Source: a virus | Taxonomy: Duplodnaviria > Caudoviricetes | Virus record (IMG/VR): IMGVR_UViG_3300028482_000001 | Coordinates: 1 to 64,000 of that record | Length of the DNA: 64,000 nucleotides | Direction: 5' to 3' (one strand) | In this document: positions 47,292-57,622 of the stretch, piece by piece | Layout: the number at the start of each line of letters is the position of its first letter | Position numbering within the stretch: position 1 is the stretch's first letter | Notes under the pieces: generated by a model | What the model was told of the DNA's origin: nothing | Databases searched by the model: none | Seen by the model: the letters and a program-made list of their open reading frames with translations, nothing else | Translations under genes and position numbers: made by a program

Positions 47292-50200
47292 ATGGGAAAA
47301 ATGGCAAAGATTATTGTTAATTTGAATGAATTAAAAGGATTTTCTTTTTATCGTAATTACATAGAAAAGGCGAAAAAGGGTGAAATGGTTGGTGGTAAAT
47401 ACATGTATAGGGAAGAAGTTCCTGAAAAAGTAAAAACAAGTAAAGGGAAAACTACCGTAATTAGATATAAATATTATTATTTGACAGATATGCTTAAAGA
47501 TAGTGCAGAAAAACTTCTTGAAAATATCGGTAAATTCTTTTTCAAGGGAAATGAAAAGGAAGTAAAAAAAATTGAAAATTCCTATAAAACTCAAAACATA
47601 GAAAAAGATTATGGAGCAGATAAAAAGACGTGGTATCAGCATTGTATGGAATATTTGAGCCACAAAGCAAAATGGGATAAAAGATTTTCAAATAAAGATA
47701 ATGCTGAAAAGTTTAAAACACCTATCAAACAAAAAGTCGTAGAAAAAGTTGATATTCCCGGAATGGAAACAGCAGCAGTAGAAACTCCAGAAATTAAAAC
47801 ATCAATTGAAACAGAGAAAAAAGAGGCAACCTGGAAACCCAACCCATCTTTAATGCGTAAAGTTTGGAGTTTATACAATGGTGTAGAATCTGTTAATAGC
47901 GGAGTTAGCGTTGGTGATACTGTAAATTTTAATGGGCGAAAAGGAACTGTAACAAAAAAAGTAAATGACAATATGGTTATGGTAAGTTTTGAAGATGGAG
48001 GTTTAGGCAGATTCTTTGCAAAAGACTTAAACAAAGTTGAAATTTCAAATGAAAGTGTAACAAATGAAGCTGATGTAAATGGTAAAATACAAGAAGTTGT
48101 AACAGGGCTAAATACTTCTAATGATACAGTTGAAGAAACAACGGATGGACAAGGTAATAAAATTGCAATGTTAGGTAACCAGAATGCAAAAAAGAATTTC
48201 GTTGACTTTATTGATAAGTTTATTACAAATGGTTATAAATCTGATAAGGTTGTAAATCTTTTAGATACAACACCTTTAATTTTGCAAGAACATGGTATTC
48301 CAAATAATCCTATAAGTATAACACCTTCTGTTTTGAAAAAGATTTTAGAAAATGATTTAAATGTTTATCATGGTCATAATATTTCTGTTGATATTTTAAA
48401 GGATCTACCTAATCAACTTGAAAATCCTGTTTATATACTGAAAGGTAAGGATGGGAAAAAGATTATTGTTACAGAATACTATGTAGAAAATAGACCTATA
48501 ATTACAATTCTTGAAATAGATAGAAAAGAAGGTCGTACAAATGTAAATTCTGTAAGAAGTTTATATGATAAACAGAATACTGTATTTATGGAATGGATAA
48601 AAGATGATTCCATAGTTGAATATGAAAATAAAGAAAAAAGTAAGGTGCTATTACAGTCCATAGGTAACCAATATACCAAGGAGGTAACAACACCTTACAT
48701 AAATAATAATACCACAAATATAGAAAATGTCAATAGTGAACATGGGAATTCTATAGCCATGCTTGGTAATGATAATGCTAAGAAAGATTTTGTTGATGTA
48801 AAACAAGGTTTTTCTGAAATGGATAAAAAACTTCTTGCTTTAGCATTGTACAAAGAAAAAGAATTTAATCCAACAATGAATGATTATTATTATTATGAAA
48901 AATTAAGATATAAATATCCTAATTTAGCTTCTAAAGGTAGTATTTATTCAATTATGGAAGAATTAAAAGGAATAGATGTTAAAAATATAAACCTTGATGA
49001 AGTAAAAGAGTATGTAGAAAAGATTAAAGGTGGGGGTGATGAACCGCCAAAGAATGATGCAAAAAAGAATTTCGTTGACGGATTGTCGCTTGATACAGAG
49101 TTAATTGCAAATGCAAATAATTCTTCATATATGTATGAAGCTGGAGATGCTATTAATCGTGAATATCTTGGCGGAATTGAGGCTATCAATTCATGGGATT
49201 TGACAGATGAAGAAAAACAGAAAGCTAAACAAAAACTTTTTGAACTTACAACGGAACAGTTAAAAGCCCAGGCAAAGGCTATATCTGTAACAGTCGCAGG
49301 ACCAGCTAGGAAAGTAAGTGGAAGTGATACAGCATTTGATAAAGTTCAGAAAATCCGTGGGAAAATTAAAGAACTTCTTGATACAATAAGAGCTAAAAAT
49401 AATACAAATGTTCAGAAACAGGAAATGAAAGATTTTACAACAGCAGCAACAGAGGCCATGAATAATAATAAACTTGCTTTTGTGTATGATGGTAAAGTTT
49501 ATTATCGTGGTAATATAAAATCAAGCTCTTGGAGTGAAATAAATCATATTCCAGAAGTTGATGAAACAAAGACTGTTGATGAAAAGAAAAAAGAGTTGAA
49601 GAAACTCAAAGAAGAAAGTAAGAATCTCGGTTTTGCTAATCCAGAGAACACAAAAACCCTTGATAGAATTGAAAAACTTAAAAATGAAATTGCATATATG
49701 AATACTGATGAATGGCAGAATCGACATAATGCCATGCTCGGTAATCAAAACGCAGCAAAACCATTTTCAGAAGAAGAAACAAAAAAAGAACAAAAGAAAG
49801 TAAAGGAAACAAGAGAAAAAGCAGGACTACCTAAAATAGGAATAAATTATGGGGAGAGAGTTTCTGCTATGGAAGATTCAGTTTCTCTTAATCCTAATGC
49901 GGAAAACTATGCTTATAAAGATACAGGTTATATTGCAGGTTCTCAAAAAGAAAAGATTCAAGACTTTTGGAAAATAAAAAAGGAAAGTGGTGAAGGAACA
50001 AGTATAGAAGAAATAGATTGGAATACACTTGAAGAAAATCCTAGATATGCAGAACAACAAATTACAAAATCAAATATTCTTGGAAATATTGATTATAATT
50101 CATTCAAAGAAAAAGGAATGGATTCTAGGGCAGCGTATTTAGCAAGTAGAGTATTTGCCGCAATTCCAAAAGAACCTACAGGTCATGATGTTACTGCTCG

Positions 50201-52226
50201 TAAGAATTATGTAATTGCTATAAACACAGTAAAGGAAAGACTTTCTGAATGTAAAACTTTACAAGATGTAAAAGAGTTTGTTGATGATGTTTATGGTGAA
50301 TATAATCAGACATTTGATTCTCAGATTTTAAGAGTTCCAGAAGTTAATAAACTAACACAAGAAAGAGATGGTATTATTAAAGAGAAGAAAAAAATTAGAG
50401 AATCTGTTATGGAATGGTGTAGGAATGAACTTGTTCCAAAATATAAGAATCTCGGTAAAAAAGAAAGAAAGGCTTTTTGGAGATATAGGGAAGAATTAAA
50501 GAAAGAAATTAGTGAGAAAATTCGTGAATTTGATCCTAATTATAATAATCCTAATATAGATATTGAAATTGATACAAGTAATATGTGGTGGCCTATAAAT
50601 ATTTCCTCAGAAGGTATTTTACAAGAGAAAATAGATAAAGCTAATAATAAATTAAAAACAGCAAGAGAAAACGCAAAAAATATCATTATGAATAATAATG
50701 TTACTTATCAAGTTTGGAAAGAACTAGGGGATTTTGCAGATTTGCGTTATTCAAAAACATTCCAAAAACATTATAACAATCTGACAGTTTATGATGAAAA
50801 ACAAGCAACAAAACCTAATGGCGAAATTTACGAAACTTATGCTTATAAATATAGAGATAAAGAATATGATAAATATGAAAATTGGGATTGGATTGATAAA
50901 AAAACTAATAAAAAAGCAAAACCGGAATCTGAGATAATCGAGGGGAAAGTAAAGAGAACTTTTGAAATGATTGTGCCATCTACCATAGAAAGGATTGGAG
51001 GTAGAAATGTTTCTGTTAAATCTACAGAAGAATTAAAAAAAGCATTTAATTTCAGGGATATTCAAACAGGGTCTTATGTACAATCAGATCCCGTTAGTGC
51101 TAAATGGCATATAGACAATTTAGCGAATGGTTTCGCTGATTTATGTGATGTTTTGGGGATACGAGATGATCAAGTATCTCTTAATGGAAGGTTGGCTCTT
51201 GCTGTTGGTGCTAGAGGACATGGTAGAGCCTTAGCACATTATGAACCTGTTGAACGAGTAATTAATATTACAAAATTCAAAGGTGGTGGTTCTCTAGGGC
51301 ATGAATGGTTTCATGGTTTTGATAATATGATTGCCGAAGCAATTACAGGTGGAAATGTCAGTGTATATATGTCAGATCCAAGAGCAGCAAGTAAAAAATA
51401 TAGGTTGCATGATGATATTCCAGATAATGAACTTGCTCATAATGTAAGAAATAAATTTATTAATCTTGTAGATGCAATGATGACAGGTGATACTCCTGAA
51501 ACAGAAGTAATTACATATAAATCTATAGATGTAGAAACAGCAAAAAAATTCTTTGAAAAAGATTTGCCATTCCAGGCTGCATATTATAGTTATGGTAATG
51601 ATTTTTATAAGAAATTAGCTAATGCAAAAACTCTTGATGATGCAATATCAGTAATTAATGAAAGGTATAAAGATACAATAAATCTTATTCATAACAATTC
51701 AGAAAAAATTAGTCGCATGGGTAAATACGAACAAAAACGCATGAAAGATACAGTTAAAAATTATGAAAAGTATCGAACTATGGCAGTTGCATACTTTGAT
51801 ACAAAGGCTGATAAATCTAATGGTGGAGAAGTTTCTGTAAAGACAGGAAGAATTGTTTCAAGATTTTATGAAGATTCAAAAAAATTAGATATTGGGAGAT
51901 CTAAAAAATATTGGTCTGAACCTGTAGAAATGGCTGCAAGAGCATTTGAAGCTTATTTAGTTGATAAATTAAAGGAAAAAGGTCAGAAAAATGATTATCT
52001 TTCAGGTCATGCTGATAATACAGTTTATTTAGGGGAATGGTTTCCATATCCAACTGAAAAAGACAGAGTAAAAATAAATAAAGCCTTTGATGAATTATTT
52101 GAAGTAATCAGAAATGAAAATGCAATTAGAAAATCTTTAGATATATTAAAGAATCGTGAAGAAATAAAAAAATCACTTCCTTTATTCTTTATTAAAAATG
52201 GCAGATTCTATATTAGAAAATCATAA
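47292..52226 (+). CDS. Large polyvalent protein: MuF-C/PBECR-like domain, internal AMLGN repeats, C-terminal LPD1-like metallopeptidase
   Basis: LPNQLENPVYIL...VNSVRSLY; SLNGRLALAVGARG...SLGHEWFHGFDN...YWS.P.EMAARAFE. Confidence 0.75.
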   Translation: MGKMAKIIVNLNELKGFSFYRNYIEKAKKGEMVGGKYMYREEVPEKVKTSKGKTTVIRYKYYYLTDMLKDSAEKLLENIGKFFFKGNEKEVKKIENSYKTQNIEKDYGADKKTWYQHCMEYLSHKAKWDKRFSNKDNAEKFKTPIKQKVVEKVDIPGMETAAVETPEIKTSIETEKKEATWKPNPSLMRKVWSLYNGVESVNSGVSVGDTVNFNGRKGTVTKKVNDNMVMVSFEDGGLGRFFAKDLNKVEISNESVTNEADVNGKIQEVVTGLNTSNDTVEETTDGQGNKIAMLGNQNAKKNFVDFIDKFITNGYKSDKVVNLLDTTPLILQEHGIPNNPISITPSVLKKILENDLNVYHGHNISVDILKDLPNQLENPVYILKGKDGKKIIVTEYYVENRPIITILEIDRKEGRTNVNSVRSLYDKQNTVFMEWIKDDSIVEYENKEKSKVLLQSIGNQYTKEVTTPYINNNTTNIENVNSEHGNSIAMLGNDNAKKDFVDVKQGFSEMDKKLLALALYKEKEFNPTMNDYYYYEKLRYKYPNLASKGSIYSIMEELKGIDVKNINLDEVKEYVEKIKGGGDEPPKNDAKKNFVDGLSLDTELIANANNSSYMYEAGDAINREYLGGIEAINSWDLTDEEKQKAKQKLFELTTEQLKAQAKAISVTVAGPARKVSGSDTAFDKVQKIRGKIKELLDTIRAKNNTNVQKQEMKDFTTAATEAMNNNKLAFVYDGKVYYRGNIKSSSWSEINHIPEVDETKTVDEKKKELKKLKEESKNLGFANPENTKTLDRIEKLKNEIAYMNTDEWQNRHNAMLGNQNAAKPFSEEETKKEQKKVKETREKAGLPKIGINYGERVSAMEDSVSLNPNAENYAYKDTGYIAGSQKEKIQDFWKIKKESGEGTSIEEIDWNTLEENPRYAEQQITKSNILGNIDYNSFKEKGMDSRAAYLASRVFAAIPKEPTGHDVTARKNYVIAINTVKERLSECKTLQDVKEFVDDVYGEYNQTFDSQILRVPEVNKLTQERDGIIKEKKKIRESVMEWCRNELVPKYKNLGKKERKAFWRYREELKKEISEKIREFDPNYNNPNIDIEIDTSNMWWPINISSEGILQEKIDKANNKLKTARENAKNIIMNNNVTYQVWKELGDFADLRYSKTFQKHYNNLTVYDEKQATKPNGEIYETYAYKYRDKEYDKYENWDWIDKKTNKKAKPESEIIEGKVKRTFEMIVPSTIERIGGRNVSVKSTEELKKAFNFRDIQTGSYVQSDPVSAKWHIDNLANGFADLCDVLGIRDDQVSLNGRLALAVGARGHGRALAHYEPVERVINITKFKGGGSLGHEWFHGFDNMIAEAITGGNVSVYMSDPRAASKKYRLHDDIPDNELAHNVRNKFINLVDAMMTGDTPETEVITYKSIDVETAKKFFEKDLPFQAAYYSYGNDFYKKLANAKTLDDAISVINERYKDTINLIHNNSEKISRMGKYEQKRMKDTVKNYEKYRTMAVAYFDTKADKSNGGEVSVKTGRIVSRFYEDSKKLDIGRSKKYWSEPVEMAARAFEAYLVDKLKEKGQKNDYLSGHADNTVYLGEWFPYPTEKDRVKINKAFDELFEVIRNENAIRKSLDILKNREEIKKSLPLFFIKNGRFYIRKS
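48634..48700 (-). ncRNA. Candidate antisense hairpin RNA (unit D), inside ORF
   Basis: Minus-strand TTGACA(48733-48728)-16-TATTAT(48711-48706) with upstream TG; 15-bp stem GUAAGGUGUUGUUAC/GUAAUAGCACCUUAC then U6. Confidence 0.65.
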
Positions 52227-52284
52227 TGTCTAAATTAATGTCTAAGATGTCTAAATTAATTACAAGTTAGACATTTTTAGACAT
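52226..52284. repeat. Array of 3 x ATGTCTAA followed by 2 inverted TTAGACAT
   Basis: Direct copies at 52226, 52238, 52247; inverted at 52267, 52277. Confidence 0.75.
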
Positions 52285-52463
52285 TGATTTTTGACCAGAA
52301 GCTCCAACTGAGCATATTGATCCTTATTGGGGAGGTTGTACAGGGGAATATGCAAAAAAAAGAATGAAAGAACTTGAAAATGGTGTAAATGTTTTATAAT
52401 AAAATCTGCAACTAGTTTTAAAAGAGTGATATATAAGACCTTGTTAAACGCAAGGTCTTTTTT

Positions 52464-52673
52464 TTATAATTCTTTCCCATCTTTAAGAAACTTTATTTCA
52501 ATTCCTAACTGATCACAAATTTCAATTATATCACTTAGTTTTAAATCATTTCTATATAATTTGTTAAACAGATTTTGTTTAGAAGTATTTAACTTTTTAG
52601 CTAGATCTGTAATCCTGATATTATTTTTTATGCAGCCAATTTCTATAATTTCTTTAATATTAATTTCATTCAT
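52464..52673 (-). CDS. Small XRE-type HTH protein
   Basis: ITDLAKKLNTSKQNLFNKL. Confidence 0.75.
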   Translation of the reverse strand: MNEINIKEIIEIGCIKNNIRITDLAKKLNTSKQNLFNKLYRNDLKLSDIIEICDQLGIEIKFLKDGKEL

Positions 52674-52871
52674 ATCTTGATAATAAACTAATAAGTGGAA
52701 ATAATCAACAAAAAAATATAAAATTACAATAAAAAAGTTTATTTGTTTCTTGACATAGTAAACTAAATAGTGTATATTATAAGTGTAGTGCGACCTGCAA
52801 GGAGATTAAATTATGAAAATAATTTTTTTTGAAAATAGGATAAATAGAACATTAAAACGAATTGTGATAAA

Positions 52872-53198
52872 ATGAAGCTGCTTTTTGGAGGAAGAATGAT
52901 GACAGAAAAACAAAGTAAAGGATTAGACCTTTTGACAGAAATTATTGTTTTAGAAGCTAAAAGAGTAAAAGCTCTAAATGAAGAAGGTGCAGATTTTGAA
53001 GAATACGACAATACAGAAATTGAAAAAAGCCTAGATAAAGCAAGTGAATATAAAGGAATATTTGATGAAATTACTCCAAAGATTGTTTCTGATATTATTA
53101 AAAGAGCTTTAGACATCAACTTTTTTACATTTAATGACAAAAGATGTATGAGGTATCTTAAAGATGTTATTTTAGAAGATTTAAGATATTTTTCTTAG
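52872..53198 (+). CDS. Hypothetical acidic protein
   Basis: ORF after TTGACA promoter divergent from HTH. Confidence 0.45.
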   Translation: MKLLFGGRMMTEKQSKGLDLLTEIIVLEAKRVKALNEEGADFEEYDNTEIEKSLDKASEYKGIFDEITPKIVSDIIKRALDINFFTFNDKRCMRYLKDVILEDLRYFS

Positions 53199-53463
53199 AT
53201 TCAACTACAAGTTGAGTGATTTTAAAAAAAATATTAGATAATGGTTTTCTAGGAGATATTATGAATAAAAAAATATTAAAATTAATTACAGATGTTATTG
53301 CAACAAGGTTCGCAGAAGTCTTGGATTTAATTGATCCAGAATGGGATAAAAAAGCAAGGCAATTTGAAGGTGAATGGAAAGATTTTGGTTTTAATTTGAT
53401 TTATGAAAAACTGACAGAAGAAAAGTAGACATAAATAGTTTTATTAAGTATAATATTTATAAT

Positions 53464-53517
53464 GATGTGCGAGAAGGCAGTCATAACCTAAGAGGTTGTG
53501 GCTGCCTTTTTTGTTTT
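53464..53517 (+). promoter_or_regulatory. Late-gene leader terminator, copy 3
   Basis: TAGACA(53426)-17-TATAAT, then GATGTG...AAGGCAGTCATAACC/GGTTGTGGCTGCCTT TTTTGTTTT. Confidence 0.8.
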
Positions 53518-53536
53518 AAATTAAATTTTAAGAGGT

Positions 53537-55930
53537 TTGAAAATGGTATTCTTAATTAAAAAATCAGTAGCAAAAGAAATTTTAAAATCGTTAGGTAAAA
53601 ACAAGTTAGAAGAATTAAAACGAGAAGTAATTGAAATATTGAAAAAACAAGACGAGAAAGAATATAAGAAAGCATTAAGTCATTTTGAAAATGAAGAAAA
53701 GAATATGTCTTATTTAGAAAAATCAATTTCTGGTGAATGGATTGAAAAAGCAGGTTATGGAATTGGTACAGTTCGTGTTTGGAAGGGTAAAAAATACAAA
53801 AAGATTGCTCCTGGAAAATGGGCTAGAATGTATGAAAAAGAAGGCAGAGGAACAAACATTGCTGTTGGTAAATTAATTGCAAAAGTAAAAAAGATTGATG
53901 ATGTAGAAGAATTGATGAGATTTGTATTGGAACACAAACAAAGATTTGAAGATACAAATGTATTAGATAAGATTAGAGCAGCTGTAGATGAACAGAATGA
54001 AAAATTAAGTAGTGGACCTGTTGAAAGTAAGGGTAAACCAAATAAATACGACAAAGCTACAATTCAGAAAATGGGTAGCAAATACTATGTTTATACAGAA
54101 GAAGGTGGTCGTGAAGTAGAAAAATTTAATACAAAAAAGGAAGTTGAGGATTATATAAAAAGGCAAAGACTAATTCAGAACGAAAAAAATTTAAAAGGTG
54201 AAGATGGCTATTCAAAATTACTAGATAAATTAAATGAATCAACTGAAAAGAAAGAATATGAATATTATAAACACAATCTTTCTGAAAAAGATAATCCGTA
54301 TGAAATGACAGAAACAGAAAAAAAAGATGCAATGAAAAATCCAAAAACAAAACTTTTACAATTAGCTGATGTTGTAAGAAATACAGAAGAAGGAACTGAT
54401 GAATATTACACTGCATTAAGTGTTTTTCAAAATGCTAGAGAAGAATTTATAGAAAATCAGGGAATGGCTAAATATAAAGAAATTATGCCTGATTATCCAA
54501 AAGGAAAAAGTAAAAAGCAAGATGAAAAATATACAGATAATGCTAAATTTGTAAAAGAAGTAAAAGGTGATGTATGGGAAGAATGGAACACAGATCCAAA
54601 TAAATTCGCTGTAATTTATGATAAAAATACAGGTAAACCGAAAGGTTTGAGAATGACACAAGACATTGTTGATATTATAAATTCTGTTGTAGAGCCAAGT
54701 GTTTTAGATTGGCAAGACAATGTTGCGGAAAAAGTTCATGAAAAATATCCTGAAATAAAAGAAAGTTATATAAAAGAAAATATTAAACAAATAAGAATGG
54801 GATATAGAAATGGATCACAAGAAAAAATACAAATCCTAAATAAAGAATCCGAAACAGAAAAACAAAAAAATAATTTTTCACTAGATGATATAAAATCAAA
54901 GAAAACAATTAAAACAGTGGAAGAATTCGAAGATGTAATAAGACAGTTAGCCGCAGAGAAAAATCAAGATAACGCAGAAAGTAAATTTATAGATTTTTTG
55001 GCATATAACTTAGAAGGTGGAATGGCAGGCAGTTTGTACGATAAGATTTTTGAAAAATACGGAGATACTGGTTATTCTACACTGAAAAAACAAGTTAAAG
55101 GTCAAAAAATTTCTGAAAGAGAAAAAAACATTGGATATGCTGATGAATATGCAAATAAAGAAGAAGAAAGTAAAAATAAAGAAAATAGTAAAAACATACA
55201 GAATCAAATGACACCTAAACAACAAAAGACTTTTGATGATTTTGAAAAGAAAGCAATAAAGAATGCTGGTACTACAGAAAGAGGAAAACTTTTTGCAAAA
55301 CATAACTATAACATAGATGGAGAAGATTGGACTATTACAACAGATGGAAGGGTGATGTTGTGTAGTAGAGAAAAATTTGAAGAACCTACTAAAACAGATA
55401 AAATCACTAATATGGATAAAGTATTTGTAATAAACGGTCAGAAAGAAAGTGATATACCAGATGGTATTGATGCAATTATTAAAGCAGCTCCTAAAAAGGT
55501 CGTAGTTGGAAAAGATTATAAGGGTAAAGATGAAAAGAAAAATGCTATTGTGAAAATTGGGGATAGATATTTTTCTGTAGAACACCTAAAAACAATACAA
55601 AATTTTTTAGGTCCATTAAGTAATGTAAAGATGCAAGTTATTCCTGGAGATAACGAAAGCAGAGTGAAATTTGAAAGTGATAATAAAGCTGTTATCTTAC
55701 TACCAATAAAAGATGGTGCTGAATTAGAAAATCGTATTATCAATACAAAAGATATAAAAAAATCTTTAGAAGATATTATTATGTTCTGTAATGATTTTGA
55801 AGATGAAGATGAAGTTATTGAAGAAATCAATAACGAATCATTATTTTCAGATTATTCAGCAGAAAACCCATCTGAATTTAATTCGATTAAATACAAAGTG
55901 GCTAATGCTTTTGAAGAGTGTGGGTATTAA
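53537..55930 (+). CDS. Large modular putative head-cargo protein
   Basis: Shares GTVRVWKGKKYKKIAPGKW module with 55918-57393. Confidence 0.65.
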   Translation: MKMVFLIKKSVAKEILKSLGKNKLEELKREVIEILKKQDEKEYKKALSHFENEEKNMSYLEKSISGEWIEKAGYGIGTVRVWKGKKYKKIAPGKWARMYEKEGRGTNIAVGKLIAKVKKIDDVEELMRFVLEHKQRFEDTNVLDKIRAAVDEQNEKLSSGPVESKGKPNKYDKATIQKMGSKYYVYTEEGGREVEKFNTKKEVEDYIKRQRLIQNEKNLKGEDGYSKLLDKLNESTEKKEYEYYKHNLSEKDNPYEMTETEKKDAMKNPKTKLLQLADVVRNTEEGTDEYYTALSVFQNAREEFIENQGMAKYKEIMPDYPKGKSKKQDEKYTDNAKFVKEVKGDVWEEWNTDPNKFAVIYDKNTGKPKGLRMTQDIVDIINSVVEPSVLDWQDNVAEKVHEKYPEIKESYIKENIKQIRMGYRNGSQEKIQILNKESETEKQKNNFSLDDIKSKKTIKTVEEFEDVIRQLAAEKNQDNAESKFIDFLAYNLEGGMAGSLYDKIFEKYGDTGYSTLKKQVKGQKISEREKNIGYADEYANKEEESKNKENSKNIQNQMTPKQQKTFDDFEKKAIKNAGTTERGKLFAKHNYNIDGEDWTITTDGRVMLCSREKFEEPTKTDKITNMDKVFVINGQKESDIPDGIDAIIKAAPKKVVVGKDYKGKDEKKNAIVKIGDRYFSVEHLKTIQNFLGPLSNVKMQVIPGDNESRVKFESDNKAVILLPIKDGAELENRIINTKDIKKSLEDIIMFCNDFEDEDEVIEEINNESLFSDYSAENPSEFNSIKYKVANAFEECGY

Positions 55931-57393
55931 TCAGAGGGAATATGATGAAATTTATTATTTATAAAGGGAAATTATATTGCACTAAAGATGTCTTTGATTT
56001 TGTAAAAAGCATCAATGTGGATAATAAAAAACTAGAATATTTCAAAAAAGAACTTTTGAAAATATTAGACAAACAAGAAAGTGTTTCAAAATCATTTTCA
56101 GATATGTTTGATTTTATTGAAAAGGGAAGATTAGCAAATATAGGTGAAGTTAGAACTTGGAATGGTGTAAAATATAAAAAGATTGCTCCAGGAAAATGGA
56201 GAAGAATATATGAAACTGATTCAAGAGGTGCAAAACAATCTATAGCAATTATTAAGAAAAAAATCTTAAATGTAAAAAGCACTGATGAATTGTTAGAGTT
56301 AATAATGCAAAATATGAATAGATTTACAGGCACAGATGGAAAGTTATTACCGATTGTTGAAGAATTAAAAAATGCTGTGAATGAAAGCAAATCTAAACTT
56401 AATACAAGCAAAACTACTTTTAATAATATTTCTGATATTTCTAAAGAGAGAGAAAATCTTATTACAAGTATTATAAAGTTCCCAAACCAAGGTGTACTAA
56501 AAGGAAACAATAAATCTATACAAAATTATTTTAAATTATTTATTGGAGATAAACTAGTTCAAAAAGAATATAAAACTGTATTACGAAAAATACTAAACAA
56601 AGATGTTACGACAGAAAATGTTATTGAAAGGGTTTCAGAATTTTTAATATCAAAAGGGATTCCTAATAAAAAGGTAGTAAATGCGGCAAACTATATTGAA
56701 AAAAGGATTGATTTATTTAAAAATTATCACAAAGAATATAATAAAAGAGATACTTCTAAAAACATATTAAATAAAGCAAGAAACTTTGATGATTATGAAA
56801 ATATAGTTAATAAATATGGTATTGAAGTTTCTGACGACTTAAAAAAAAGAGCAATGTTTGAAGATACGAAAAAATGTTCTATTGGGTTACTTGAATTTCT
56901 CGATGAGTTTCCTTTAGTTCAAAAATTAATCCCAAGAATTGGGATTACGAGAGATAACTGTATAATGTGTGTTCAATTTATTAATGAAAAACCAATAGAA
57001 ATCAGTTTTGGATCTAAGTTTATAAGTGAAGACGGAACAAAAAAAGAGGAAGATAAGAATATATATTTTCATGCAGGGGATGAACAATTAAATGCAGAAT
57101 CATTTGGGTATCATGAAGGTGCTCATGTTTTAGCAGCATTATTAAAAAATAATGGAATGTATTCTGATGTAGAAATTTGTAAAAAAGCATACGAACAAAT
57201 ACGACAAACTCAATTAAATGGTATATCTTATGAAGATGCAAAACTTACTATTTCTGATTATGCAGAAGAAACTGATAATGAACTATTTGCAGAAGCCTTT
57301 GCTGATGTATATCAATATGGAGAAAACGCAAGCCCATTTAGTAAAAAGATTGTACAACTTGCAAAAATGGAATATAATGCAATTAAGAGGTAA
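55918..57393 (+). CDS. Modular putative head-cargo protein with C-terminal zincin metallopeptidase-like domain
   Basis: GYHEGAHVL (HExxH) ... ISDYA....ELFAEAF. Confidence 0.7.
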   Translation: MWVLIRGNMMKFIIYKGKLYCTKDVFDFVKSINVDNKKLEYFKKELLKILDKQESVSKSFSDMFDFIEKGRLANIGEVRTWNGVKYKKIAPGKWRRIYETDSRGAKQSIAIIKKKILNVKSTDELLELIMQNMNRFTGTDGKLLPIVEELKNAVNESKSKLNTSKTTFNNISDISKERENLITSIIKFPNQGVLKGNNKSIQNYFKLFIGDKLVQKEYKTVLRKILNKDVTTENVIERVSEFLISKGIPNKKVVNAANYIEKRIDLFKNYHKEYNKRDTSKNILNKARNFDDYENIVNKYGIEVSDDLKKRAMFEDTKKCSIGLLEFLDEFPLVQKLIPRIGITRDNCIMCVQFINEKPIEISFGSKFISEDGTKKEEDKNIYFHAGDEQLNAESFGYHEGAHVLAALLKNNGMYSDVEICKKAYEQIRQTQLNGISYEDAKLTISDYAEETDNELFAEAFADVYQYGENASPFSKKIVQLAKMEYNAIKR

Positions 57394-57397
57394 AAGA

Positions 57398-57568
57398 ATG
57401 ATAACAAGAAATCCAGGCGATTATGAAATAATGTTTCCTTGGCGAAAATATTTAATTGATCCAAGTAAAGATGAAACATTAGAAAATTTAAAAGAAAATA
57501 CACCTAAAGAGGTTGTTAAAGCGTTAAAAGCATATCTAAAAAAATATGGGGATATAAGAATAAGATAG
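57398..57568 (+). CDS. Small ORF downstream of peptidase effector (immunity-like position)
   Basis: MITRNPGDYEIMFPW...NTPKEVVKALKAY; track ORF begins at 57218. Confidence 0.45.
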   Translation: MITRNPGDYEIMFPWRKYLIDPSKDETLENLKENTPKEVVKALKAYLKKYGDIRIR

Positions 57569-57622
57569 AATTTTTTATAAGAAGCGAGAAATTAATAGAT
57601 ATGTGATAGTTTTTTATTAAAT

